A stretch of DNA of 64,000 nt. Source: the human T2T-CHM13v2.0 reference genome, Homo sapiens. The notes below the pieces were generated by a model. It was given only the letters and a program-made list of their open reading frames with translations. It was not told where the DNA came from and did not search any database. Both the position numbers and the translations under genes were made by a program. The stretch's first letter is position 1; the number at the start of each line of letters is the position of its first letter. The stretch is taken from the NCBI RefSeq assembly GCF_009914755.1, contig NC_060937.1. One strand, 5' to 3'. Below are positions 28,831 through 46,332 of the stretch, piece by piece.

Positions 28831-29424
28831 CAGGTGCTTATCAAGTAAGAACATAGACTGAAATAGAACAGGCAAAAGATTTAACCAGGAATGCAAGTGC
28901 TCTGCAGTGCTCCTTAGAAATAGAAGCAGCTTCTTGGCAAAGTGGAGAAAACCATCACAGCAAACATAATGAAGCTCGATGAGGACAAAAATGCTCAATG
29001 GGAGAACCAAGCTGCTTAAGCAGTAAATAGAATATGGTGGAAGAACACGATGGGGATGGGTAGGAATGGTCCTTGTAGTTATAAATGACTATAAGAAAAT
29101 CACGTGCCCGTATTACAGCTGTAAAACTCAACGTGCTATGGTGATGTTGCAAGATATTTAAAGGCACAGAAATTTTTTTCAAAGAAACATTGAAAAGGGC
29201 TTATTCAGCCAAAAGAAGAAATTGCTGATGGGGGATTTAATTATCTTTGAGTACTGTATGTGCATGAGCTGTTAAACCAAGGACAGTGACCAGCTGTTTC
29301 GAAACTTTACAAGAACAGCTTTTAATTAAACAGGCTTAAGTGACAATGAATGAGGCTCAGATTAGAATAGAATAAAAATTTCCTGATAGAAACAGTGGTT
29401 AAATACCGAAAGGTTACCTATAGA

Positions 29425-29655
29425 AGCAGCGTGATATTATAAAATGAACATTGGATTGAAGTTAGATATATCTGTTTTAAATACCAAGTTACTATTCCAC
29501 TACATGATCTTAGACAAAGAACTTAGCCCTCGTGAAAACACTAACAGTCTCATTTTTGGGGGAGTTAACTGAGCTACTATATGTAATTTTGGTAGATTTA
29601 CTAATGTAAATTTAGAAGATTTAGAACAGAGCTTGCTGCACAATAATTGTTAGTT
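29425..29655 (+). mobile_element. MIR, diverged (possibly within an L3/CR1 remnant)
   Basis: gcagcgtgatattataaaatgaacattggatt...catgatcttagacaaagaacttagcc. Confidence 0.45.
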
Positions 29656-31047
29656 TGATCGACAGCTACTTTCTTCCCTGTATAAGTTCATTCCCTAGAC
29701 ATGTCTAAAGAGTACAGTGTTCTTTGCTCAACCTGAGCTGGTGTATATGTGGTGTTATTTGAAGTCCAGAGAAATTATATTTTCAGCCCTTTAGCTGTAA
29801 GACTTTACATTTCCTAACACAAAGTGGTTTTTAAGCTTAAATTCCTAACCCTCTAAGAATTCAGGTAAAGCAGATAGTCTGTAGGTTCGATAGAAAATTA
29901 TAGGGAGTAGGAAAACTCTTTTTTTGTTGTCAGAATAATGCAGGCTCTTGTGTTTGGGAAAAAGCATGAATTATTTGACAAATTGTAGTTTATAAAATTC
30001 AGCTATGGTTAGCCACTGTGTGTTACTGGATTTTACAGAAATATTTTTCTATTGTAGATTTAAACCCCTTAACAAATAATAAACCCTGACAGAAAGGCAT
30101 GATAAAATATAGGGGCTCATTCATAGAATCTAAATTGACGCTGATCACTATGCTTTCACAATTTGATTTAATGTACTTGCTGTGTGTTCATCCTCTGAGA
30201 CAACATTGCAGCTAGCGTCTTAGCATAGCTGTGGATGCTACAGGCTTTGAGTTCTAATTTGGGGTATTACCCTTTTTTAGTTTGAGGAAATCCACAGTCT
30301 TTCGATTTTCTATCTATGAAATTAAAATGAACCTAATTTCTGGCTTCATTGGAGTTATTTATTTTAAGTGTAATGCCTACATCTCGTAGGTTTCACCAGT
30401 TTGGGGAATACAAATGATGTCACATTTAGCAGTCATATTCAAAATTGGCTGTCTTTGTCTGGCAAACTGTAGTAGGTGAACGCCCTCCCTCCTAGATTCT
30501 TCAGGGTTACCTACATTATCTAATACCTTTCCAGGACGGTGTCTCCATGAACTTATGATGCTACCCTGGGCACTGTCTGGCCCTCCATTCCGCTTCAGAG
30601 AGCTGACCTCGAGCTCTCCTGGGGTGAGGCCCTCATTGTTGCCATGAACCAAGCCTCTATCCCAAGTGTCTAAGTTGGCCCCTGGGTTCCTGTTGTTGTA
30701 CCACTGCCCTCTGTGCTAGTCTCAGAAGGCCCTGCTCTTCTCTTTACCACCTGGACTTCCAGCCATTCCCTACAGTCTGAGTTCCAAAATGGCCCAGAGT
30801 AAGGGCTCCCCTGAGGCCAACTTCCCATTGACCACTAGTGCCGGTTTCCTCAAAGGTGAAGGTCAATTCAGCCACTCCCTTCGGAAGCTGCTGCTCTGCT
30901 CACCTGTGTCATGGTAGCCCCACTTGACCACAGGGACTCTTTTGCCAGTGTCCTCCTATTTCCATGTTTCAGAGGCACATTTTCTCTCCACTTATGTCTG
31001 CCTCTTGAGATAGATTCTTTGGGTCCAGGCCTAAGAAAACAACATTT

Positions 31048-31344
31048 AGCTTGGTGCAGTGGCTCATGTCTATAGGCCCAGGTACCCTGGGGCCAAGGTG
31101 CGGGATTCGCTTGAGGACAGGAGTTTGAGACCAGCCTGGGCAGCATAACAAGAGGCCCATCTCCAGAAAACAGTATAGCAGGGTGTGGTGGTACGTGCCT
31201 GTAGCCCTAGCTATGCAGGAGGCTGAGGCAGGAGGATTACTTGAGCCTAGGATTTGGAGTTTGCAGTGAGCCGAGATTGCTCCACTGCGCTCCAGCCTGG
31301 GAGACAGAGTGAGACCTTGTCTCTAAAACAAAAAACAAACAAAC

Positions 31345-31377
<33 letters not shown>

Positions 31378-31415
31378 ATAAACCAAAACCAAAACCAAAC
31401 AGAAAAAGGAAATTA
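31048..31415 (+). mobile_element. AluJ with (CAA)n/(CAAA)n tail
   Basis: ggaggattacttgagcctagg diagnostic; TSD aagaaaacaacat at 31033-31045 and 31416-31428. Confidence 0.9.
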
Positions 31416-33454
31416 AAGAAAACAACATGAAGAGAGGGAAAGGGCTTTTCTCTTTCCTCTTTCGTTCCCTCCTCCAAATCTCATTGTCAGTCTCTCCAGA
31501 GTGATTGACAGTGGGAATGTCCAATCCCTTCAGATCTTGCTTTCCACCACAGGGGTGTGGTTTTAACCTTTCCCTCCCAAGGCCCGTTACTAAACCTCTC
31601 CCTCACATCTTCTTCTTCTGAATTACAAAAACAAAGGATAGGCCCTTTAATTGAGACATTTTTTAGCATCTGTGAATTTCATTTTTACATAATGCCATGT
31701 GTTAGACTTCTGCTGGACAGTCCAGATTGGGCTCTGTCAAGCTAGTCCAGCTCCTTTTCAAAGATCTTCCACCTTCTTTATGCTCTTGGGCTCTGCTTAC
31801 CTGAGCAGACAGCTTGAATAAAACAAATAGTTGCCCACAAGAACAAGCGATGGTTGGCAATCACTATTTGTCCAATTAGACGTCTGTGCTCAGTGATGCA
31901 ACGTTTGCCTACGACATAGATCATCTCTTGTAGGGCAACTTAGTTCCTCAAAGCCCCAGCTCTTCAAACTTTCCACTGTACAATCGGTTATTTGTTTTAT
32001 ATAGTCATAACTCAGTGGTCTATACCTGTGTCTTTTCCAGAACAAAGCATGGTCAGCACTAAAGGTACATTCTGCTTACTCCATTTCATTCCCTCATAGC
32101 ACAATCTTTGAAATGAGTGGTCCTCTCCTGCTTTTACGATTTCAGGTTCAAATCTCTCCAACCAGAAGTGGGTGTTATTCTGGCCCCTTCCCAGAACAAA
32201 GTATGGAAATGGAAACTTCCATTTCTTTTTGCCCTTTTTCCTTTACTTTTGGAACTAAAATATTTGCCAAAGTGATACCTTATCCCTAACTTGGACCAGC
32301 TAAGGTGCTCTCTTATGTAGAAATTAATAGTTTCAGAAAGCCCTTCAAAACTATGGCTAATGACCCCTGTAGAAATATGCAAATTACCTCAGTGGTACAG
32401 ATTACATTTACTATACATTTTACATTGCTTTCCTAATACTGAGAAACTTTATAGTGTTATATTTAATGGTGTATGTCATCAGATCTTTACTAAATAATGA
32501 GAAATTTTAATTCTCTTATCCCATTGTTCTTTTCTTTTAAAAGATATCTTTTCTAGTATATTGTTAATAAAGGCCACAAACATTTTATTGAAACTTGGTT
32601 CATTGGCCAAAAGGGGTCCCATATCACTGGAGTTATTTACTGTTTTGTGGCATTTGTATTCTTCTCTGAATTTAGAAGTTTATTTTTAATGCAGTAATAT
32701 AATAACCAGACTTACTCTGAAAAAGCTAATGGAGCTAGAAAATAAAAGTTTCACAGGCCTCAATCAGGATGAAGTTGACACCTTCTTATACTAAATGTTC
32801 CTTAGCAAAAGGTCAGCAAACTCATCTTCATTCTTATAAAACATGGGCAGGAATGAGGAGAAAGTGAGAGGATGAAAATGAGAGAATCAAAATTACTTAT
32901 AATTATATCTCTATGAAGTAATAATAACTTTATTATCATGTTGCATATGTGGCTTGACATTCTAAATGAGCTGCATGAAATTAGTACCAATAAAACCATA
33001 AAGACAATTACTGGCAAATGTATAAAATAAAAGGTCTTTAAGCTCTTTTTAAAATATTGAAAGTCATAAGAGAAGAGTGCATGGTAATTTTCCCTCTCAT
33101 CTTTGACTTTAAATCCTGGGCAGGCCTATTTGGCTAATAAATAGTAAGAAAAATGAAGCTGGGAATACTAGCTAAAGTCATAAACCAAATTTGTTCTTTT
33201 AAAAAATTGTTTTTCTCTCACTCTGTGTTCTTTGTTTTTTGTCTGAGATCTAATAATTGAATGATAATAAAATTCTCGGTTCTGATAAGAAACAGTCAAT
33301 AACAAGGTTGTTCTAGTCCCTCAGCTGAGCAAGGTGGCTTCTTTAGGCAGGGGAGAAGATAGAGGTAGTTAAGTTTGAATGAGGTCATTGGGGTGAGCCC
33401 TAATCCAAAAAAGACAGGTATCCCTATAAGAAGAGAAAATTTGAATACAGGAAT

Positions 33455-34142
<688 letters not shown>

Positions 34143-36588
34143 AGGGTGTAGAGAGTTAAGACCATGAGAAGAAACAGGAAGAAGATAGCAGTCTGCAAGT
34201 CATGTGGAGGGCTCAGAAGAAATCACCCTGCCTACTCCATATCTTGATGTCAGACTTTTAGCCTCCAAATTGTGAAAAATATTATAGATTTTTGTTGTTT
34301 TAGTTGTTCAGCCTTTGTTATGGCAGCCCTCACAGACTGATAGTATACCCCCAGGTTGCAGTATTAGTATTATAATATTAACTTGTGGTGTATTATGCCC
34401 CTAGGATTTTTCTTCTTATCTTGCTACTATAATATTAACCTGGGGTATAACACACTCTCCAGGATATTTTCTTCTTATTTTGCTGTTCATCAATGCTAAT
34501 TATCACAGTGGTAACCCAATTCCCTTCCTTCCTTGACTGATGGCTGCCTTGGCCCTGGGCTTAGTTGTCTAGCCAAATGGCTCCCTGCAGGCCCCTTGCC
34601 CTTTACCTGTACAACTGATTGGCCTCCAAATACAGTTCAGGTTCACCCAAAGTTGGAGACCAGCTCTGAAGGGCACCAGGACGTATTTCAGAGAGGTCTT
34701 TATTACAGCCCTTTCTTGGTGCTGGTGCCCTGGCTCTTCTCTTACCAGGCCTTGACCTCACAAGCTCTGCCAAGATCCAGGCTTCTCTCCCCAAGCTGCC
34801 CACCCTTCTTCCTGAGCTTTTCTGGGTGGTCTCATACCTAGATGAGATTATCTTTATCTTGATTGCTTTTATGACAACTAAACATTCTTTATATTATCAT
34901 CATTTTCTGATCTGTACACTAATACTTTTGTTCATTTTTTATCCTCCTGCAAGATTATTAATCCCTTGATTAATTATAAATTATAAAAAAGGCTTACTGA
35001 AAGAATTCTAGATTGGATGCCTTCTTTCTTGATCAAATAATACTGGTTGCCCCTATAATGGAGTTGTTTGTCTTAATGGACAAAACCATTTTTGTCTGCC
35101 TAACTTTAATTTTTTTTTTCCTTTCTCTCTGAGTAAATTTGCAATCCTACTACCTATCCTCAACCCCAGTCCATCTTATTTTCTCTTTTCCTGAGGGTGA
35201 CAATATTCAGTGCTAAAAAATTCCTTGAAGCACTCTGGAAATTTTAAAAGTGAAAATTCTAATTGCAGTGGTTAAATTTGACCAACAGCTCATGTGGTTT
35301 CAAAGACAGTTTTGAAAATGGAAGCCTCAGATAGAAATTCTCCTCATCGTTCCTTCATTTATTCTCAGAACTTGACATATTTTTTCCATGTTTTCTTTTT
35401 TCCTTCCTTTCCAAGATAGAAGTGTCTTCATTCCCTTCCAAGGTGTACTCCTTTATGGAGTCTGTATGTATTTTTTTCATGACTGATTTTGACTGGACTC
35501 TTCTCCATGAAATGTGTCTTCAGTTTGTTAGCCTGACATACCCATCTGGCCAGCCTCAGTGCCAACCTTCCTCCTTTGTGAGGCCTTTCCAGATCCCACT
35601 GGACACTTAGGTGCTCCTTTCCCCATTTATTCTGTGCCTTTGGACATATTACCATTAAAACAAATAACTTAGGGCCATTATCTGTATCCCAACTAATCTG
35701 TAAGTCTCCCGAGGAAGGGGAGCGACAAGCATAGTACTAGGAAGCCCTCGCATATTGGTTAAGTGAATAGATGGAGAATTCCCTCATTCCCTTGATTCTT
35801 TAACCTTACTTCTAAGTAGGGTCCTTTCCCTCAACCTGTTAACAAACTCTAGTGTGATCTTTAAACAAGCAAACAAAAATAAAAACAAAACTTCTGTATA
35901 GTTTTTCCCTAAGTTATCACTCCTTTTTTTTTTATCAGACTTTAGAAAAGAATCACAAATTCTTTGTACTTCATTTCCCATTGACTTTCAAACAATGAAA
36001 TCTGTCTTTAATGATCTCAACTATAGTAACATTGCTTTTCTGAAGATCATGAGTAGCTCCCAAGTGCCATGTCACGTAGTCGTCTCAGGCTTTATTTATC
36101 TGAACTCTTAGCTGCATTCTCTTTCTTGGAAAGAAGATCTTGCTCTTTCCTAATTCCCCTTCTTCTCTTTGTTGTTCTCTTTGGGTGTCTCTTTTTCTGC
36201 AAGGAATTGGAAGTTAGAATGCCCAAGCACTCATGGCTGTGTCTCCTACATCACTCTGCCCTATGTTTTACTTGGAAACAGTCATTTGTTTTAAGAAAAA
36301 GTCTTTTCACCAAATTTATCTATTGAGACATTTCATCAGTCCTATAGAGGAGAAATCAAAGGTCAGCATTATCATTGCCTGGTCTAAATTTGTAACTCCC
36401 CAGTCTTGCAAAATTTTGGAGTTTAACTATTTACATTGGAATGTATTTATCTGTACCTTTGTATAAATCCATATTTTAAAAGTTGAATTTCATATTCACA
36501 AATATGTCAATGGTATCATGCTTTCTTCACAGTACTGTACACAGTTACCACTGACATTTCCTTGATGATTAAAAACCAAACACACCGA

Positions 36589-37001
36589 TGTTATTGGTCA
36601 AATTGTTTCCTTCTCCCAACCTCATATGTTGAAGCCCTAACCCCCAGTACCTCAAAATATGACTGTATTTGGAGACAGAGTCTTTGAAGATGCAATTAAA
36701 TTAGAGTAAGGCCATCAGGGTGAGTCCTAATCCAACCTGACTAGTGTCCTTATAAGAAGAAGAAATTTCATCATATAAAAAGGATACAAGGTTTGCGCAT
36801 TCAAAGAGAAAAGGCCATGTGAGGACATAGCAAGAAGGTGGCTGTCTGCAAGCCAGAAGAAGAGCCCTCACCAAGAACTGTATGGGCTGGCACCTTGTTC
36901 TTAGACTTCCAGCCTTCAAAACTGTAAGACAATAAATTTCTGTTGTTTAAGCCACCCAGTCCATGGTATTTTTGTTATGGCAGCCCTAGCAAACTAATAT
37001 A
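36589..37001 (+). mobile_element. MLT1B-like solo LTR
   Basis: atatgttgaagccctaacccccagtacc...aataaatttctgttgtttaagccacccagt...gcagccctagcaaactaata. Confidence 0.9.
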
Positions 37002-38489
37002 ACCCCTGTAGCAAAAGTGAACATTCAAATACATTTATTGGTAAAGTTCTAGGTGGAGGGCATTAAAGGCAGAAAAAGGGCCTCCATTTTTTTTTTCTAT
37101 TGTTCTTTTAACCCTTCTGGCTTTCCTCACAAATTCAATGGGGGAGCATATTTTAGGACAATGTTCTAGAAGGCTGTAGTAGCTACCAAATATGTTGTGT
37201 GTTCCTCACATAACACAAGTCACCATGTGGTCTGTTTTCTCTTTGTTCCTATGCTAAACTCCTCTAAGTTTTGATCTTTGAGTTCTGCATTTACCAACTC
37301 AAGATGCCTCCCTGTTCTTCATGCACATCCAGATCAGGCCCATTCTCCAGCATGACCTTGTTAATTTTCTCTCCTTCCAGGAGATCTCCCTGGCCACCCA
37401 TTCTGCACTGATGTCTTTCTTAGTCATTCTCAGTCCCTTGTTGCTCATGATACTAATTGCTGAGTATCATCAGCTACTTTGTTTCATTATTCAGGCTCTT
37501 CAATGTTTGTCTTCTTTGAGTCTTATTTGCTTTGAAGATTTTACATTTTCTGAAGGCAAGGAAAATACTATCACTTCTTTCTCATTTCCAGTCTCCTCCC
37601 CACCTTTCTGCCACATCTTTCTCCCAGCAGGGCTAGTGTACCACTGAACACATGAGGATGCTTAATTCTTGAATTAAATTCAGAGAATCTGATGACTTAT
37701 TCTTCATGATGATATGGGGTAAAAACAAGGGATCAGAAACAGAGCTGATGGGAACTATCAATGTCTGTTTTCAGAAATGAGGGGGACATTTGAATACAAA
37801 GGTAGATTATTATTTCAGATTGAGGCATTGCCTTTGCTTATTCAGTATCTTCCTTGCTGTAGTCAGTTCATAACATGCTAGGGAAAACAGAACTGCTATT
37901 GACAGTTCAATACATCTGATGAAAAGGCACTTAAATTATTTTAGGGGAATTTCGTTTTCTCAGTAACCCAACTGGGGATACTCTTCATGTTAAAAAGTAT
38001 GAGGATTGGTCTCTTTTCTAATTTTTCTTTCTTGCTTGTGTAAATGCACAATAAATTCCTTTGACAGTCAGAGGCACAGACAAATGTTATTGGAAATCTC
38101 CAACCTGTATTAGGAAGGAGTAACGCTCTTAACAGTGAACTCGCTGGGGGACATTCTATTATGATGTCATGACTTCTTACTCTTTACAAATGTCAGCAAC
38201 ATTCATCTTTAAGAGTTTCACTGCTCTAAACGTATATATTTCTTGCCACTGGTTCATTCATTCAATATAAACACCACTGTGTCCAGGGACTGATGTCTAT
38301 TTTCAGTTCAGACTGGTTCTTGTGTCTTAATACACACTATTCACTGTGTAATAATTTGATGTCCTTTCTTCTTCATGTTTGGTATATAAAACAAGAGCAT
38401 TTGAAGGTGTATTACATGCACAAATTTTAACCATATTCTGATGAAAATCTTAGATTCTGACATAGTGTTTCATCATACTGCATACTCTT

Positions 38490-38615
38490 ATGTGAAATTC
38501 TTATTTTACAGATAAGGTCCAGAAGGGTGCAATGACTTATTCAAGATCACACACAAGGTTAGGGTTGGAACCAGAAGCCATATCCAGAGCTCCTAATTTC
38601 TAGTCTGGTGTTCTG
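38490..38615 (-). mobile_element. MIR fragment
   Basis: attttacagataaggtccagaagggtgcaatgacttattcaagatcacac. Confidence 0.65.
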
Positions 38616-38903
38616 TCTCTCTCTACTTGGCTCTTATTTGATCCACTGTAGCTCATCACAGAATAGCTACTTGGGGCATTTCATTGTTGTTCACATTTCT
38701 GAGGCAGAGGAGTTGGCTTACTGTGACTACCACTTCAGTCAAAATGTACTGAGTTTACTCAGAGACCTCACAATTGATTGTTCCTGACCAATAATGCCTG
38801 TAGATGACTCTAATGAAACTTCTTAAATGTCGTGAGAAATTGTCTACAAGGCCAGGTAGTCCAGAATTCTGAGATCTTTTCTGATTTAAAATATTATGGT
38901 TAT

Positions 38904-39211
38904 GGCTGGGCACAGTGGCTCATGCCTGTAATCCTGGCATTGTGGGAGGCCGAAGTGGATGGATCACTTAAGGCCAGGAGTTTGAGACCAGCCTAGCCAA
39001 CATGGGGAAAACCCATCTGTACTAAAAATACAAAAAAATTAGTTGGGCATGGTGGCTGGTACCTGTATTCCAACTACTCAAGGGGCTGAGGCAGGAGACT
39101 CGCTTGAACTCAGGAGGCAGAGGCTGCAGTGAACCAAGATTGTGCCACTGCACTCCAGCCTGGGCGATAGAGCAAGAATCTGTCTCAAAAGAAAAAAAAA
39201 AGAAAAAAAAA
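38904..39211 (+). mobile_element. AluSz-like
   Basis: ggatcacttaaggccaggagtttgagacc; TSD atggttat. Confidence 0.95.
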
Positions 39212-39604
39212 GATGGTTATATGTGGCCGCTAGAGATCATCTATTAGATCTTATATTTGAGTGTGGGCCACATTTTTTAGTGGAAAGAACAGTGGAATAG
39301 GAAGCAGAACACTATGGTTCTAGTTCTAGCTCTATCATCAGTTGGTCCTGGTCCTCTTTATCTATTAGAAACATACAATAACACCATTGAAAGCTGTTAA
39401 GATCCATCCAGATGATATGTGTATTTCTAAAAGTATAAAAATGTAAGATAGTAATTTTAGACTGGCTGTGGTAATCTCTTAAATTATAGCAAGATGGTTC
39501 CGTTTGTCACGTAGAAATAAAATGCTAACTGTAATTCCAAGGGACATATGTTTAGTGGTTTGTTCAAAGCAATTCAAATAAATTAATTGTAAATCACAGC
39601 GAGG

Positions 39605-39855
39605 AGACAGCATGTGTAGAGGGTGAGAATACAGATTCTGGAACCTGGTTGTGTGTCGTTTATTTCATGGCTCTGGCACTTAGCAGCTGTGTGACCATGG
39701 GCAAATTGCTCTTCCTACCTGTGCCTCAGTTTCCTGTAAACTGTGAATAATAAGAATCCTGCCTCTGTAGGGTTGTGTGAGAATTGACAGAATTAAGATA
39801 TGTTAAATGTTTGGAATGATGTCTGACTCAGAATAGGTGTGAATGTGACTGTTAG
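39605..39855 (+). mobile_element. MIR
   Basis: agctgtgtgaccatgggcaaattg...gtgcctcagtttcctgtaaa. Confidence 0.85.
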
Positions 39856-40284
39856 TGCTAACGCAGTACATGTCTAGAGGCTAGGGTTGTGTGGTTAACC
39901 AGAGTTTTAGCTGCCAAAACAAGAATAGAAGATTGTGAATAGAAGATTCTGAATACGAGAGGATTCTAATTATGTGATAAACTCAAGTCAGGCAGTCTGG
40001 GTAATTTTGGGTAGTCACTGGTCAATTTTCTCTTTTGCTTTAGATGGGTAGACAAAACCAGACAGAAATAGAACTCTCTTCTAAGTATGGTGAATTGGCA
40101 CCATTTCTAAAAGGCCTGGGGCTTATTTACTGATATGTTGATAGAGTGATATGCTCCATTTATACCAGTAAGTATTCTTTGGGTAGATCTTGCCTATTTA
40201 TATGTGTGTGTATGTTTGTTTGTTTGTTTGCTGTTAAGGCTAAACTTGAAGTTAATTTTCCCTAGTATAGAAACAAAGAGGGTT

Positions 40285-40658
<374 letters not shown>

Positions 40659-41025
40659 TTAGTTTAAGATGGCTTGCATATGCTTTTATCTCCTCTTATT
40701 CTTGAGAATTTATTAATACCACACTGAAGAAATAAAACTGGTATCATCACATAAAAGTGAAGAGAAGGGGAGGGGGCTATGCATGGACAATGGGGTTCTA
40801 GAAATTTTTGGATGATATAAAATGGAAGAGTATTGATAACTATTCAGAACAGCAGAGACTACAGTGGTTTGACTTAAGGAATCCCAGCAAGACTATAAGA
40901 AATAGTCTTGAGACTATAAAAAAAATGGTTGACAGTGAGAAATGCAGAGGAATAATTAATCCCTTTACCCCCTACCTTTTCTCCAGCATTTATTGCTAAG
41001 TTGATTTAAGAAATAGACGGAGGAC

Positions 41026-41382
41026 TGCAATGGACTGAATGTTTCTGTCTCTTCCAATTCTTATGTTGAAACCCTAACCCCATGGGATGGTATTTGGAGG
41101 TGGGAACTTTGGAGGATGATTAGGTCATGAAGGTGGAGCCCTATTGGGATTAGCAGCCTTATAAAATGAGGCCAGAGAGCTAGCTGGCTCTCCCTCCACC
41201 ATATGCAGATTCAACATGAAGACTGCTGTCTGTAAACCAGGAAGAGGGCCTTCACCAAGCACCTGACCATGCTGGCACCCTGATCTTAGATTTCCAGCCT
41301 CTAGAACTGTGACAAATAAATGCTTGTTGTTTTGAAGCCTCCCAGTATATGGTATTCTATTACAGTGGCCCAAACTAAGATA
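41026..41382 (+). mobile_element. MLT1A0-like solo LTR
   Basis: tgcaatggactgaatgtt...catgctggcaccctgatcttaga...actaagata; TSD aggac / aagac. Confidence 0.9.
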
Positions 41383-41619
41383 AAGACTTGAAAAAATTTG
41401 AATATACTTTTTTTTTTTTGATGAGTAGGGGACTGGGGAGCATCAAGAAAATGAATGGCAGGGATGGTTCCACAGAGCAAAACTCTCCACCTAGCAGTAC
41501 TTGAGGAGCCATTGGCACAATGACGGCTCCTCACTGGCTCACCCTAAAGTCGAATTGGCCTTTTGACAAGCCTCACCCATGAACACAGAGACACAATTAT
41601 TATTATGAATGAACACTGC

Positions 41620-43190
<1,571 letters not shown>

Positions 43191-43367
43191 AGCAGACTAA
43201 AATGTAGCCTAATTTTGATCAATATTTATAAAAGGAATCATAACACAAATTTTAAAAAGCAGGCTAAAATGTAAAATCATTTAAAATGTAAAATTTGAAA
43301 AATGATTTTTTTTGTAAAAAAATTTTACATTTTTATAAATGTAAAATCATTTTAAAAAAGCAGACTA

Positions 43368-43702
<335 letters not shown>

Positions 43703-45694
43703 TTAAAAAAGGGAATCATAACACAAATTTCTATTTAAAATGGCATTATTATCTATTCACTTATTTATTGTTTCTTCATTAATAGAAAGTAAGCACTATG
43801 TTGGCCTTGTATACCACTCTATTGCCAGCATGTAGAAGAGTGTCTGAACCTGCATAGTTACCTGGTAAATATTTGTTGTTTGAATGGAGAAGTAAATGGT
43901 TTCCCTGTAGTTATGGCAAAGTAAGTACTTGTTATTCATTTTCAGCTTTTGGAATCAACCTGTAGAAAAAGACTTAGTTCTAGTTATGGGGCAGATACTG
44001 TGTCCTAGGTCTTGATATTGTCGGTCCTGATACTGGAAAATTAATCATCACAGATTGCACTTACATAGTATGAACCACAATCCTGATACTGCTGTACATA
44101 TTCACATACACAAATTCACTTAACCTTCACTATGAACTATTTACATTATTATTATTTCCATATTACACCTTTCCATAACAGCCAAGAAAAGCTGAGAGAT
44201 GGCAGGGATGAGGACCGGTGGAGAAAAGTATAGAGTGTGAAGCAGGCAACTCTTCTTTTATTATAGATCCTTCTGGACTACTTTCTTTTAAATCATGGGC
44301 ATGATAAAAAACTTTGATAAAAAATTAAAAAGAAATTCTCAAATGTGGCAGGCACATGGGGCTGTGTTATATAAAGGGAAGCACCATACAGTGTGACACA
44401 GTAAGACCTTATGGCTTCTTGGGAATGACCAGGAGTAATAGTCTATTTCACATGGCATGTAGGTTTTAAGGCACTAACTGGGTATTTTGGAATGGACCCT
44501 GATGTGGGAACAAAAGGGAAATTTCATTATGATGATTTCCCACTAATGCACATTACATGTTAATTAACATTTACTTAAACAGTGAGGTCTTAGTCTTGTT
44601 TCTATAAGTTGAATAAAATTTGAGTATAGCAAACAGCCTAATAATTTAATCAGTCTTAATTTCTTAATGCTAGGATCTTAAAATTTTTATTTTTGTATTG
44701 GAACACCAATGGGATTGTGCATAAACAATATTTTATGCTATGCTTTCTGGATTCAATATGATACAAAATGATAGGGTTTCTTATGTAGGAATATATTTAG
44801 TAGGGTTCACCTTTTTATGAGCAATAAAAGGACTTGAACATGATAAAGAATACAATTACGTGGTATATAAAACAGGTATTGTTACTATGCTATTTATATA
44901 TGTGATTTCTCTCAGGATGGTGATGTGAAACCAAAGGATTCATCTGGTAGTTTCTTACAGACTGAATGGATGGCATTGGCTGAAACAGCACTTTTACAGC
45001 TTTCTGTTTTTTCACTTTCAAACTGCACTTGAATCTCGTAGACATACTCTTTGAAGATCAGAAGATTTAGAGCATACTATGCTCTTTCTAAATAAAAGCA
45101 TAATGTAAGTGGAAGGAGAAATTGTTAAAAAAAATGGGGGTATCAAATGTAGTGAATGACCTCAGCATATTTAGAGGTCGATTGTAGAGTCAGAAATGAA
45201 TTACCCTGCATTAGAGATGCTGGATGATACAATAGGTTGTGGAAATTGGAAAGAAATAGGTAAAAATAATAGGTCAAACCTATTACATTGGCCTTTCTTC
45301 AGTGTAATTTTGTGCTGGAAAGCATTGAACCAGATATTACCCTGTGTTTACTGAAGAAGAAAACATTGAAGCTATTACAATTTTTATGAAATAAAACAAT
45401 CAGTTGAGTAAAAACTGTGTCAGGAGATGCTTGACATGGGTGTTTGTATCCAAGGTATATGACAGCTAAATGAGTTTTGCTCATTTACATTTAATATTTA
45501 TACTTAAAAAGTAGTTTGAAGTCTTATAGATAATGAATATATTGTTAAACCCAGAATGCCTCCTTTTAAAGAATAACTAAAGCCTATTAGTATGGAAGCA
45601 ATATTTATTAAACACTCTACATTAACCCCATGAGAGTACACTATATATTGTCTTTCATACCACTTTGGCAAAAATAATAGTAATTTTAAAATTA

Positions 45695-46009
<315 letters not shown>

Positions 46010-46010
46010 T

Positions 46011-46332
<322 letters not shown>

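Noticed and set aside
28860-29420. Possible L3/CR1 remnant (atgggggatttaattat resembling MGDFNY)
   Set aside because: Too diverged to call by eye; needs a Dfam search
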